Source of the DNA: a virus
Lineage: Duplodnaviria > Caudoviricetes
Direction: 5' to 3' (one strand)
DNA: 64,000 nucleotides
IMG/VR virus record: IMGVR_UViG_3300032312_001355
Location: 8,929 to 72,928 of that record
Below are positions 1-9,200 of this stretch, piece by piece. The first letter of the stretch is position 1. The number at the start of each line of letters is the position of its first letter. A model generated the notes under the pieces. That model saw only the letters and a program-made list of their open reading frames with translations, did no database searches and was not told the origin of the DNA. A program made the translations under genes and the position numbers.

Positions 1-3
1 CTT

Positions 4-387
4 ATGCCGTTGCTTGGTTCTGTAGCACCTCCAACTAATGAGCAAGCGCTCGCCGTTGAGTCTGAGCCAGTAGCGATTAAAGAAGAGTCAAAGAAAGAGA
101 AGAAAGTCCCAACTTTCCAAGCTAACCCTGATAAGTATGTTTATCTTTCTGCATTAAAAGTGAATGCTTATGAAGGAAACTCCGAGTCAGTCAAGACAGT
201 TCAACTGCGTTTGAATGATTTGGGTTTCAGTTCAGTAATGAACGATAAGTTTGGTCGTCTAGAAGAAGGATCAGTAGAAGCAATTAACGCTTTTAGAAAG
301 TCTAAAGGACTTGATGAGTGCGGTTGCTTTGATGAAGAAATTTTGGCTTATCTCTTTCAAGGTGAAAGTGTTGGAGTTCTTCCCTAA
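4..387 (+). CDS. Peptidoglycan-binding domain protein (PG_binding_1-like)
   Basis: C-terminal SESVKTVQLRLNDLGF...GRLEEGSVEAINAFRKSKGL matches the PG-binding helical motif; no catalytic domain visible; start may lie upstream of the window. Confidence 0.6.
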   Translation: MPLLGSVAPPTNEQALAVESEPVAIKEESKKEKKVPTFQANPDKYVYLSALKVNAYEGNSESVKTVQLRLNDLGFSSVMNDKFGRLEEGSVEAINAFRKSKGLDECGCFDEEILAYLFQGESVGVLP

Positions 388-397
388 ATAAAGACAA

Positions 398-438
398 CAA
401 AAAACCCCCTTCCTTTTAGGTCGGGGGTTCTTTGTTTT
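398..438. terminator. Bidirectional intrinsic terminator between convergent genes
   Basis: AACCCCC(403-409)/GGGGGTT(423-429) stem flanked by an A-run on the left and a T-rich run on the right. Confidence 0.75.
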
Positions 439-443
439 ACTTC

Positions 444-785
444 TTAGGACTGTGAAAGCGTTTCTAATAAAACTTCAGCATATACAGACTCAAGACCTAG
501 TTGCTCACCTTCATCATCATAACCCCCTGCAATAACTACATCACCGAGAATTACATCAGGAAAGTTTGGAAAGTTAGCCAACCAAATTTCAGTTGCTCTT
601 TCATTTATTGGAAGACCCTGCAACTTTCCTTCTTCATTCATAATAAGGGTGTAACCATTTTCAAGAGTCTTTGCTTCAATAAGACCCCCAACTGCGGTTT
701 GAAGTGTTAGTAGTTCGTTACTATCTGCCGTTAGGTCAATGATAGAAGCGTTTCCTTCTGCGGTTAGTTTAATTGCTAGTTTCAT
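444..785 (-). CDS. DUF3846-like small phage protein
   Basis: LQTAVGGLIE...MNEEGKLQGLPINERAT...ILGDVVIAG pattern; RBS AGGGAG upstream. Confidence 0.7.
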   Translation of the reverse strand: MKLAIKLTAEGNASIIDLTADSNELLTLQTAVGGLIEAKTLENGYTLIMNEEGKLQGLPINERATEIWLANFPNFPDVILGDVVIAGGYDDEGEQLGLESVYAEVLLETLSQS

Positions 786-827
786 TTGTTTTCTCCCTAG
801 TGTGGTACTTGGTTTCCCACTACCAAA

Positions 828-856
828 AGAATAGATTACTTTCCTGCACTTTGCAA
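828..856 (-). promoter_or_regulatory. sigma70/SigA-type early promoter P1
   Basis: Minus strand TTGCAA-N17-TATTCT upstream of the 444-785 gene; near-identical to P2. Confidence 0.7.
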
Positions 857-890
857 GATTAAAGGGAAGCTTTTGTGCGGTGTGTCTTAG

Positions 891-923
891 AAAAAGAAAA
901 AGCCCCCCTTGGATAGGGGGGCT
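891..923 (-). terminator. Intrinsic terminator for the 935-1195 gene
   Basis: Perfect 9-bp stem AGCCCCCCT/AGGGGGGCT with 5-nt loop, followed by TTTTCTTTTT on the minus strand. Confidence 0.8.
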
Positions 924-934
924 AATTCTTGCGG

Positions 935-1195
935 TTACTTGGTTAGGAGTAAGTCCAAGATTTCGCTATCTGAAAGGTTGCGGTAAGGGTTCTCATAAGA
1001 GTTTGGATTTTCTTCAGTTACCTTAACCTTTAGTACGGTTGCTCCCATTTCCTTTGCATTCTTTGCGGTTTCAGTAATTAAATCACAAGCATTGGTTGCG
1101 GTATCAACGTGGAAAGAATAATCTCTTTCTGTAGTAATAGTTCCATTTGAAGTTGTTTCTGTGTACTTAACTGTAATTTGAACTCCGTATGACAT
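935..1195 (-). CDS. Hypothetical early protein (86 aa, MSYGVQITV...)
   Basis: ORF track gives 935..1234; ATG at 1195 has RBS AGGGAG with the same context as the 785 gene. Confidence 0.65.
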   Translation of the reverse strand: MSYGVQITVKYTETTSNGTITTERDYSFHVDTATNACDLITETAKNAKEMGATVLKVKVTEENPNSYENPYRNLSDSEILDLLLTK

Positions 1196-1241
1196 TTGTT
1201 TCTCCCTTTGTGTTATTGAAGCCCCTTGCTTCAATAAGTAA

Positions 1242-1270
1242 AAGATAACCTACCTTCCTGCACTTTGCAA
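1242..1270 (-). promoter_or_regulatory. sigma70/SigA-type early promoter P2
   Basis: Minus strand TTGCAA-N17-TATCTT; shares the 17-mer CTTGCAAAGTGCAGGAA with P1. Confidence 0.7.
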
Positions 1271-1330
1271 GTCTATAAGTAGTCATTTCGTGTATATGAC
1301 TAGTCATAGTTTTTTAAGCCTGATAGTCAT

Positions 1331-1412
1331 TAAGTTACTAAACAGTAAGTTACTAGTGAGTATCTACTAGTAAGTAAGTTACTAGTGAGTAGATAGTACT
1401 TAGTAAGTCATA
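1331..1412. repeat. Iteron-like direct repeats (GTAAGTTACTAGTGAGTA x2 plus partial copies)
   Basis: Exact 18-mer at 1345-1362 and 1374-1391; TAAGTTACTA at 1331-1340; palindrome TACTAGTA at 1365-1372. Confidence 0.8.
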
Positions 1413-1419
1413 CTAAATC

Positions 1420-1620
1420 TTTATAGAATAAAAAAATATAAAAGAAAAAGAAAATAAAAAGAAAATAAAAATAAAAATAGAATAAAAATACATATTCATA
1501 AATAGGCTTAAAAATCTGTAAAAATAAATAAAAAATAAAGAATGCCTTGCTTTTTATTTAAAGTTATGATAAGAAAAAATAAAAAATAAAAAGAAAATAA
1601 TAAAAGATTTTTTAGGAAAA
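1420..1620. repeat. Extremely A-rich low-complexity tract (repeated A-runs)
   Basis: Repeated AAAAT/AAAAG units with almost no C on the + strand; non-coding. Confidence 0.8.
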
Positions 1621-1740
1621 AAGCCCGGAACGATTTTGAAAAACCTGAAAAACACCCTCTTTCTTCTCCGGGGCCAAAAGCAAAATATGGAAAGGTTCAT
1701 ATATTTAGCTATTCCGTACAAGATTAGGTAGACTATCTTC

Positions 1741-1769
1741 TCGTACACCCTTTAAAAAGTCTGTACAAT
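1741..1769 (+). promoter_or_regulatory. Promoter for a leaderless transcript of the rightward operon
   Basis: TACAAT (1764-1769) followed by 6 nt and the ATG at 1776; no SD; TCGTAC 17 nt upstream. Confidence 0.5.
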
Positions 1770-1775
1770 AGGATC

Positions 1776-2273
1776 ATGCTGAATCCACCGAAGCTCCCCA
1801 TAGAGGAGGTTGTGTTCCTTTCTACGCTTACACGCTCAGAGATGGAGTCACGCCTTCGAGGGCTATGGAAAGCTGGTTGGTCACTAGGAGTCATAGGAAG
1901 CTCTCTCAGCCCCGCTGTACCTAAAACGACTATCCACTTCTGGGTCCGTAGAGCACCAGACGTGAAGCAGTTAAGAGCACTTCCTCTACCCCCACCCAAG
2001 TCTCTTACAACCTCTGTGCCTACCAAGCATGCCCCTCGGCTTAGATCCGTTTCTCCGGGCGTCCCTCCAGAACTAAGAACTCGACTTCGTGAGTTATCCG
2101 CGTTATCAAAACGTTATAGAGCAAAGACTTCCCCTGCTAGCCCACTAGCTCAGGCAAACAATGAGTTGACTCAGATTGCTAGACAGCTAAAGAATCGTGG
2201 CGTACCTACTGCAGCCATCGCAGAAGCTGCTGGAGTTACCTATCGAGCTATGGCAAGGCGTCTTAGCCAATGA
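1776..2273 (+). CDS. Double helix-turn-helix DNA-binding protein
   Basis: N-terminal LWKAGWSLGVIG...KTTIHFWV and C-terminal RGVPTAAIAEAAGVTYRAMARRL both fit HTH patterns. Confidence 0.6.
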   Translation: MLNPPKLPIEEVVFLSTLTRSEMESRLRGLWKAGWSLGVIGSSLSPAVPKTTIHFWVRRAPDVKQLRALPLPPPKSLTTSVPTKHAPRLRSVSPGVPPELRTRLRELSALSKRYRAKTSPASPLAQANNELTQIARQLKNRGVPTAAIAEAAGVTYRAMARRLSQ

Positions 2274-2617
2274 GCCGCCTTTACAAGACAAAGAGCGGCA
2301 CATACAAGGACACCGAACTGGTTGTGGTTGTTTGGAAGAACCCTAAAAAATCCAAAAGACCTCAGTCACGATCCCTTGAAACTATGTCTGCCCCTAACTC
2401 AAGCTACCCTATGGCTTTCCCGCTGGTCTCCCTTAAAGATCACTATGCTTGGAAGAGCGCAAAGCATGTAAAAAGCTCAGAAGACTTTGACTCAAGCATT
2501 GAAGACAGTTCTAGAGAGGCTCCAGTAATGCTTGACCTACAACTAGCAGGTTATGCGTTGGGCTGGAATGATTTCTATATCCCAGAGGAATACACAGAGT
2601 TTGGGTTAAATACTTGA
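2270..2617 (+). CDS. Hypothetical protein
   Basis: 115-aa ORF, ATGA overlap with upstream gene. Confidence 0.6.
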   Translation: MSRLYKTKSGTYKDTELVVVVWKNPKKSKRPQSRSLETMSAPNSSYPMAFPLVSLKDHYAWKSAKHVKSSEDFDSSIEDSSREAPVMLDLQLAGYALGWNDFYIPEEYTEFGLNT

Positions 2618-2982
2618 GAGCAGTTTCGGATGTCTTCCCAGCCCTAGTCTGGATAGCTCCGCCCAACTCCGTTGGGTTAGATGAACTTTCAATACCTGGA
2701 CCATCGCCTCAAGGCACTCGTAAGGTTGACAGAGTCCGAGTAGTGCTTCTTGGCGATAGCATTTTGATAGCTCAAGACACTCCAGAAGGCCCTACACTTG
2801 TGTTTAGAGAAAAATATTTGCATAGGCACGTTGATGGGAAGCTGCAAGCAGTTTTAACAGAGTCCGAGAAGGTTATAGCTTTTATAAAAGACGCTTCCTG
2901 CGGTTGTGGGTCTCGTCTTAGAGGCTGGAATCCATACGGGCAAAACAATTCGGTCTATTCAAGTGAGGATCCAATAGAATGA
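2614..2982 (+). CDS. Hypothetical protein with C-terminal CGCGSRLR motif
   Basis: TTGA-coupled ORF; CGCGSRLRGW motif resembles small proteins upstream of actinophage portals. Confidence 0.6.
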   Translation: MRAVSDVFPALVWIAPPNSVGLDELSIPGPSPQGTRKVDRVRVVLLGDSILIAQDTPEGPTLVFREKYLHRHVDGKLQAVLTESEKVIAFIKDASCGCGSRLRGWNPYGQNNSVYSSEDPIE

Positions 2983-3275
2983 ATGATCTAACACTCCTAC
3001 AATTTATCCTTTTAGGGCTAGCTACATATCGTGTGACTCGTTTAATGACTCGTGACATGATTACAGCCCCTATCCGCAATGCCTTTTGGAAAAAGTTTCC
3101 GCCAGAGTCTTCCTATCTTGGCTACCTATCCACCTGTGAGTGGTGTTTTAGCGTTTGGATAGGATCAGGGTTCGTAATCTCGGCTATCATTATTCCATCA
3201 GTAACCTACATAGTTGCTACCGTTTATGCGGTATCTGCTATAGCAGGGCTGTTGACTGCATATGAAGATAAGTAA
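2979..3275 (+). CDS. DUF1360-like membrane protein (possible holin-like)
   Basis: LATYRVTRL..D.IT.P.R...L.TC.WC.SVW motif with hydrophobic helices. Confidence 0.7.
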   Translation: MNDLTLLQFILLGLATYRVTRLMTRDMITAPIRNAFWKKFPPESSYLGYLSTCEWCFSVWIGSGFVISAIIIPSVTYIVATVYAVSAIAGLLTAYEDK

Positions 3276-3313
3276 TACTTCATATTCCGCAACTAGGATG
3301 ACAAGGAGTTCCC

Positions 3314-5047
3314 GTGGGTTTATTTACTAATGACACACCTGATCAACCTACTCCACCATCCCAGCCGAAGCGCAAAAGAACTAAGTCAACATTTTCTCGT
3401 TCTACACAAGTAATTCAGACTCCAAAGCCTTCAACAATCTCATCTGTATTTACTAATACAGCGCAATCTGCAAGTTACTCCACTCCTAGAACTCTTACAG
3501 CTGCAGCAGCTCAAATTAAAGTTAATGACAAGGGTGAGTTTGAGCAATTTAGAATTCGTCGCTCTGCTGGATCAAGTGCATGGCAAGCAGAAGCTTGGGA
3601 ATACTACGACGCAATCGGTGAAATCAAGTATGCATTTAATTTAGTTGCATCAGTTGTTTCAAGAATCAGAATTTATGCAGCAGTAATTGATGATCCATCA
3701 GAAACTCCAATCTCTGTTCGTCAATCAGAGCTAGTAGATGATCGTCTTGCTGCAGCAGCAGAACGTGCACTTGCACGATTAAATTCTGCATATGGTGGAC
3801 AAGCAGGATTGCTTAGAGATGCCGCACTAAACCTTTCAGTAGCAGGTGAATGCTATCTAGTTCAGATGCCAGCTAAGCCATCACAAAAATTACCAGAGTC
3901 TTGGGATATTCGTTCTGTTGATGAAGTAACAACCGATCCTCGTGGCGGTTTTAATGTTATTGGACGACGTGAACAGGCAACTACTTCACAAGGTGGCACA
4001 GATAAATCTTCTAAATTAGGTGGAAATGCATTTGTAGGACGAATTTGGCGTTCACATCCTCGTTACTCAGATGAAGCAGACTCATCACTTCGTGGTTTGT
4101 TAGATCTCTGCGCCGAACTTCTTCTCCTCAACAGAACATTCCGTGCAACTGCACGTTCACGCCTAAATGCTGGTGCTCTTTACTTACCAGACGGACTTTC
4201 TGTTGCTGCACAAGCAGATGGTGATTTCCCTTATGACTCTGAAGACGGTATCGGTCCTAACTTTACTGCTGAAGAGGCAGAGGATGAGTTTGAAGAGCAG
4301 TTGATGGATGCTATGACAACTCCGATTCGTGACGAAGAGTCCGCATCAGCAGTTGTTCCTCTTATCATCCGTGGTCCTGCAGAACTTGGCGACAAGATTA
4401 AGCAATTCAAGTTTGAGCGTTCATTCGATCCACAACTTGCAGAGCGTTCAGACCGTGTATTAGAGCGCATCTTGCAAGGATTAGATGTTCCAAAGGATGT
4501 TGTAACAGGCCTTGCAAATGTTAAGTACTCAAATGCAATGCAGATTGATGAGTCACTTTACAAGGCACACATCGAGCCACTTATGTTGCTCATTGCAGAT
4601 GCTCTAACAGTTGTCTATCTTCGTCCATATCTTATCGCAAACGGTTATGAAGAAACACAAGTAAATAAAATTGTTGTTTGGTATGACCCATCAGCAATTG
4701 CAACTCGTAATGACCGTGCAACAGATGCTGACGCAGGATTTGACCGTATGGCAGTCTCTGCAAACACATGGCGTCGTGCTCACGGCTTCTCAGATGCAGA
4801 TGCACCAACTCCAAAGGAACTTTCAATCAGACTTCTACAAGAGCGTGGTGTATTTACTCCAGAATTTACTGAAGCAATGCTTTCAGCAATTGCGCCAGAA
4901 GTTATTAACACAGTTCGCTCACAGCAACAGCAATCTTCAGTTGCCCCTATCCCGCCAGAACTTCAGCAAGCACTTGATGCCGCAAGCGAAGGTGCAGAAG
5001 CTGCAGGTATTGCTACAGAAGCCCCAACAGAAGGGCAAGAGCAGTAA
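3314..5047 (+). CDS. Portal protein
   Basis: WQAEAWEYYDAIGEIKYA, RSHPRYSDEADS, LNAGALYLP, RILQGLDVP motifs typical of cluster-B-like actinophage portals; first gene of the head module. Confidence 0.85.
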   Translation: MGLFTNDTPDQPTPPSQPKRKRTKSTFSRSTQVIQTPKPSTISSVFTNTAQSASYSTPRTLTAAAAQIKVNDKGEFEQFRIRRSAGSSAWQAEAWEYYDAIGEIKYAFNLVASVVSRIRIYAAVIDDPSETPISVRQSELVDDRLAAAAERALARLNSAYGGQAGLLRDAALNLSVAGECYLVQMPAKPSQKLPESWDIRSVDEVTTDPRGGFNVIGRREQATTSQGGTDKSSKLGGNAFVGRIWRSHPRYSDEADSSLRGLLDLCAELLLLNRTFRATARSRLNAGALYLPDGLSVAAQADGDFPYDSEDGIGPNFTAEEAEDEFEEQLMDAMTTPIRDEESASAVVPLIIRGPAELGDKIKQFKFERSFDPQLAERSDRVLERILQGLDVPKDVVTGLANVKYSNAMQIDESLYKAHIEPLMLLIADALTVVYLRPYLIANGYEETQVNKIVVWYDPSAIATRNDRATDADAGFDRMAVSANTWRRAHGFSDADAPTPKELSIRLLQERGVFTPEFTEAMLSAIAPEVINTVRSQQQQSSVAPIPPELQQALDAASEGAEAAGIATEAPTEGQEQ

Positions 5048-6213
5048 TGTCTGATCAAGCAATTGACAAAGTTGTTACTTCACTTGTTTCTGCTGGAGAT
5101 CCTTGCTGGGATGGTTACAAGCAAGTTGGAATGAAAGAAAAGAACGGCAAAATGGTTCCTAACTGCGTTCCTGTTGACGCTTCAGATGATTCAGAGGACT
5201 CAGAGTTTGCAGCAAAGAAAAAGAAGCGCACTATCTCTCAAACTCCTGCTCCTAAGAAAGACAGAATTAAAGGCTCTAGCAAAAACAAAAAAGGTTCTGC
5301 ATCAGGAACTCGTAAAGTTAAATTTTCTGCAGCAGTAGAAAAGTCTTTGAAGAATAAAGTTGAACAGCACAACGAAAAAGCAGGTAAGGGCCGTCGTGCA
5401 ACTCTTGGAATGTTAAAAGCTGTTTATCGCAGAGGTGCAGGTGCTTACAGCGTCTCACATCGTCCAGGTATGACACGCAATCAATGGGCGATGGGTCGTG
5501 TAAATGCATTTTTAAGATTGTTGAAGTCTGGAAAGCCATCAAACTCTGCATACACAACAGATAATGATCTACTGCCTTCTGGTCACCCACGTTCAACTAA
5601 GAAATCAAACTCCATTGCAGCTTCAGCAGGTTTGGTTCCTGAAGAAAGCGATCTAGCAGAAGCGCTAGTCGAGATTGCAGATAAATATGGAAGATTCAAT
5701 GAAGATGCCACAGGAATCTGGGCAGGATACACACCTCCAGCCGAAAACGATGTCAGAGGTATCGGAGTCAAATGCTCTAACTGTGTTCTATACATGGGTA
5801 ATGGCCAATGCCGAATCATCGAACTTGAAGTCGAAGACGAGGGTAAGTGTCGTTTCGCGGTTATCCCAGATGGCGTCGTTGATGTCGGAATTCTTGAAGG
5901 CGAAAAACTAGGAAACGATATTCAGTCACCACAAGAGCTAGCAAAGCTTGCTAATGAGTGGAGATATGAGCAAGAATTAAATATTGATCTTCTAAATGAA
6001 GAAGATTATTCATCTCCAGAAGAAGCAATCCTTGCTATGGCAGAGTATTCAGGTTATGGCTACGAAGCAGAGCATGCAATCCGTGCTTCTTGGCTTCGTG
6101 GTGTCCGTAATGGAGATAATCCTTTTAAAAGAGCATCATTACTGGCATCTCTTGGTTACGAAAGCTTAGATGGAGACCTTCTTCCAGTAAAGGCAGAAGA
6201 AGATGGAGAATAA
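5047..6213 (+). CDS. Multidomain minor head protein (CWDGY motif, LKAVYRRG helical domain, HiPIP-like 4-Cys domain)
   Basis: DPCWDGYKQVGMK...VPNCVP; LKAVYRRGAGA...QWAMGRVNAF...DLLPSGHPRST; C243-x2-C246-x8-C255-x12-C268; coupled to portal (TAATG). Confidence 0.65.
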   Translation: MSDQAIDKVVTSLVSAGDPCWDGYKQVGMKEKNGKMVPNCVPVDASDDSEDSEFAAKKKKRTISQTPAPKKDRIKGSSKNKKGSASGTRKVKFSAAVEKSLKNKVEQHNEKAGKGRRATLGMLKAVYRRGAGAYSVSHRPGMTRNQWAMGRVNAFLRLLKSGKPSNSAYTTDNDLLPSGHPRSTKKSNSIAASAGLVPEESDLAEALVEIADKYGRFNEDATGIWAGYTPPAENDVRGIGVKCSNCVLYMGNGQCRIIELEVEDEGKCRFAVIPDGVVDVGILEGEKLGNDIQSPQELAKLANEWRYEQELNIDLLNEEDYSSPEEAILAMAEYSGYGYEAEHAIRASWLRGVRNGDNPFKRASLLASLGYESLDGDLLPVKAEEDGE

Positions 6214-9200
6214 AATTGTTGTAAGCTCTTACAGAGCATATAGCAGTCGTGAACAGGCACGTTTTATTCGTCAAGAAGCAAATGTTTTACTTGAAAAAGC
6301 CAACGAATTTTCTACAACAAGTCGTCGAGTAAATCGTCGATCTGCATACAAGGTTCTTGCTCGTTCTCTACAAAAGACCAGAGGATTACCTTTCTCAATC
6401 CGTAAGCATCAAGCGCTTACAGAGCTTTCTAATTACATCTCTCTAGCTAAATACAACAAGGTTATCGGTTTAGAGGCATTTAATACAGACTTACTTCCAA
6501 CATCACATCCAAGATCTACTCGAATGAACTCAATGAGTGCTTCTGCAATTGCAGAGGCTCAGATGCGTTGGATTCTTGATGACCCACGAATTAAGGATGA
6601 GACAGTAAAGAGCCTTCTTGCTTCTGCAATGTTTTCTCCTATCGACTCTCCAGAGCATAAGTATTCAATGATTCGGTTAGAGAACATGCCTCAGGGACAG
6701 GTTCCTGTTGAAGTTCTTCTAGCTGCAGCAAATCCTTTTGCTGGTAAGAACTCAGCTGCAGCTCGTCGTGCTCGTGAAGCTGTCCAGCTTTCTGACCGCT
6801 TTGAGCGCTGGATTAATATGGGAAGGTCTGCGGCTAAAAGAGCTACAGATGGTTTCCGTGTCTATGTTGCTAGAAACGATGGCTCTACAAGAAGTCTTTC
6901 TGGAGAACTACTAAACCAGAATATGTTTGATCCAAACCTTGTTGACATTGAAATGGGCAAGGGTAAAGTTGCAACAGTTCCTACAAAGCTCGGTGAAGGT
7001 CTTGAAGCTTTTATTAAAAGCAAGGACTCGCAAGATGGTTACTCTTCTGTAGAAGCAGAGGTGCCTAATGGTGCACAGGTACTTCCAGAAAACAGCATTG
7101 TTGTCTCAGATGCTCCAAGTATTTATCGCAAAGATGAGGGTAATAAATATACAGACGATAAATACGACATTGTTAAATTTGATAATCCTAAGGCTGCACA
7201 GACTGCTATTTCCGATGGACAAAAAAGAGCTGCAGAGCTAGATAAGCCAGAACCAAAGCTTCTTAAAAAGGGCGAAGTAGATGCAGACTCAGGTAAGCAG
7301 TTCTGGGATATCGAAGAACCAGTATTCGGTCTCTATCGTCGTGGAAAAAACACACCTCTTGCATTCGCTCAGTCTTGGAAAGATGTAAACAATGAGATCC
7401 TTCGTGACGAACCTTTCCTTGATGAAGATGAAGGTCGTGAATATACACGCCCTGAGCCTCAGACAGCAGACGATAATGTCCCACTTCTAGATCAAGCAGA
7501 TGAAATTTTTAAGCCAGCTAAAAAGAAATCTGAAAAGAAAGAAAAAGTTTCTTCATTCCCATATGAAGTTCCAGATAGAGCATACGAATTTAATCCAAAC
7601 GAAGAGTACACACCAGAGTTTGAGTTTGATGATCCTGTATCAATTGCAAACGATCAGACACCAGAAGAACTAGAAGATGCTCTTCTTACATCAGTAGAAC
7701 CTGTTAGTGATACTGAAAAAGCAACTGGCTACGCTCCAATTAACTTTACAGATGGCCGTGAAAGAGATGTTCCAGCAGAAGCTATCGCTGCAGCAATTCG
7801 TGAGCAAGGTGGAGATGCTGAAATGGCTCTTGCACAGGCTTACGACAAGATTGCAGGAGATAACAAGAACCAAGAAGCCCTTGATAAATCAAGAGGTGCT
7901 AAAGATGAGAAAAAATTAGAAGAAGAAACTAAAAAAGCAGATAAGATTCTTAAGGATGCAGAAAAAGAAGCTAAAAAGATTAAGAAGCCTACATCTGATG
8001 AAATTATTGAAGAAGAGATTCAAAAGCCAGAGCCAAAGGCAACTACTGCTGAGCCAGAAGATGCTCCTACAGAGGGCTTAGAAGATCTTGAAGATGTATC
8101 TGAAGACACATATGTTCCTCCTTTGCTTGAAGGTCTTTCAGAAGAAGAGTTAGCATCCTTTAAGGAAGATGGAGACTACCGACCATTCTTGCCAAAGAAC
8201 GCGGATATAGATACACCTGAAGGACTTTACAAGTTAGATCCAAACCCAGTTGACCCTAAAGAAAACTACACTCCAAAAGATCTTCAAGGTGAAGTACCAC
8301 CAACTACAGCTTTAGATTTGTCTGCAAATACAGTTAAAGATTTAACTAATGAACTGAGCAACGCTATTAATGGCACTGGTGAACACGGTGCTGGTTTTGG
8401 AGAGATGCTAACCGAAGACCCTAACGGTGAACTTGTAAACTCTCCTGTTCCTGCAGAAGCTCTTCGAGATGCTCTTCAACTTAAGGGTAAAGATACAGAT
8501 GCAATTATTGAAAAGATTAATAAGAAGGCTGCAAAAGCAAAGGCAAAAATAAAGCCTCCAGTTTCTGAAGAACCAGAAGTAGAGCCAGATACAAAAGAAG
8601 AAGAGCCTAAACCTAAAAAGGCAGTTACCTACAAGCGTTCAGGTAATCGCACTCTTCTTCGTGCTGGCAAGGGCGGAGCATTTAAGGATAAAGAAATTGC
8701 TGACTTCCTTGACGAGAATGGTTTTGAATGGACTGGAACTGTTGAAAGAGATGGACAAACTCTTCCAGTTAATTCAGAGTCTGCTACACAGACTGATGAA
8801 GAATTTAAGGCTTTTGCTCGTGAACTTCGTGATCGCTTCGGTATTGATTTAGAGCCTCGTGCTGCAACTGCAAAGTCACCTGCTCAAGAACCAATTGATA
8901 TTGATGCGCCAGCTCCTGAACCAGAGGTGCCAACTCCTGCACCTACTCCAGAACCAACTCCAGAAGAAGTTACACCAGAAGAGCCAGTCGTAACTCCTGA
9001 AGAAACACCAAAACCTGTTGAAGATGAAAAAGATAATTGGATTAAGCAAGAAGATGGTACTTGGGTCAACACCAGTACTGGAGAAATTGTAGAAGAGCTT
9101 CCTGAAGGTGCTACTGAAGGAAAACCTGCACCAGAAGAGCCAACAGTTCCTACACCAACTCCTGAAGAAGAAACTCCAGTTGTTGAAGAAACTCCTAAGA

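Noticed and set aside
1331-1412. Possible CRISPR mini-array
   Set aside because: Only two 18-bp repeats with an 11-bp spacer; no cas operon
1554-1748. 64-aa Phe/Lys-rich minus-strand ORF
   Set aside because: By-product of the poly(A) low-complexity tract; no RBS
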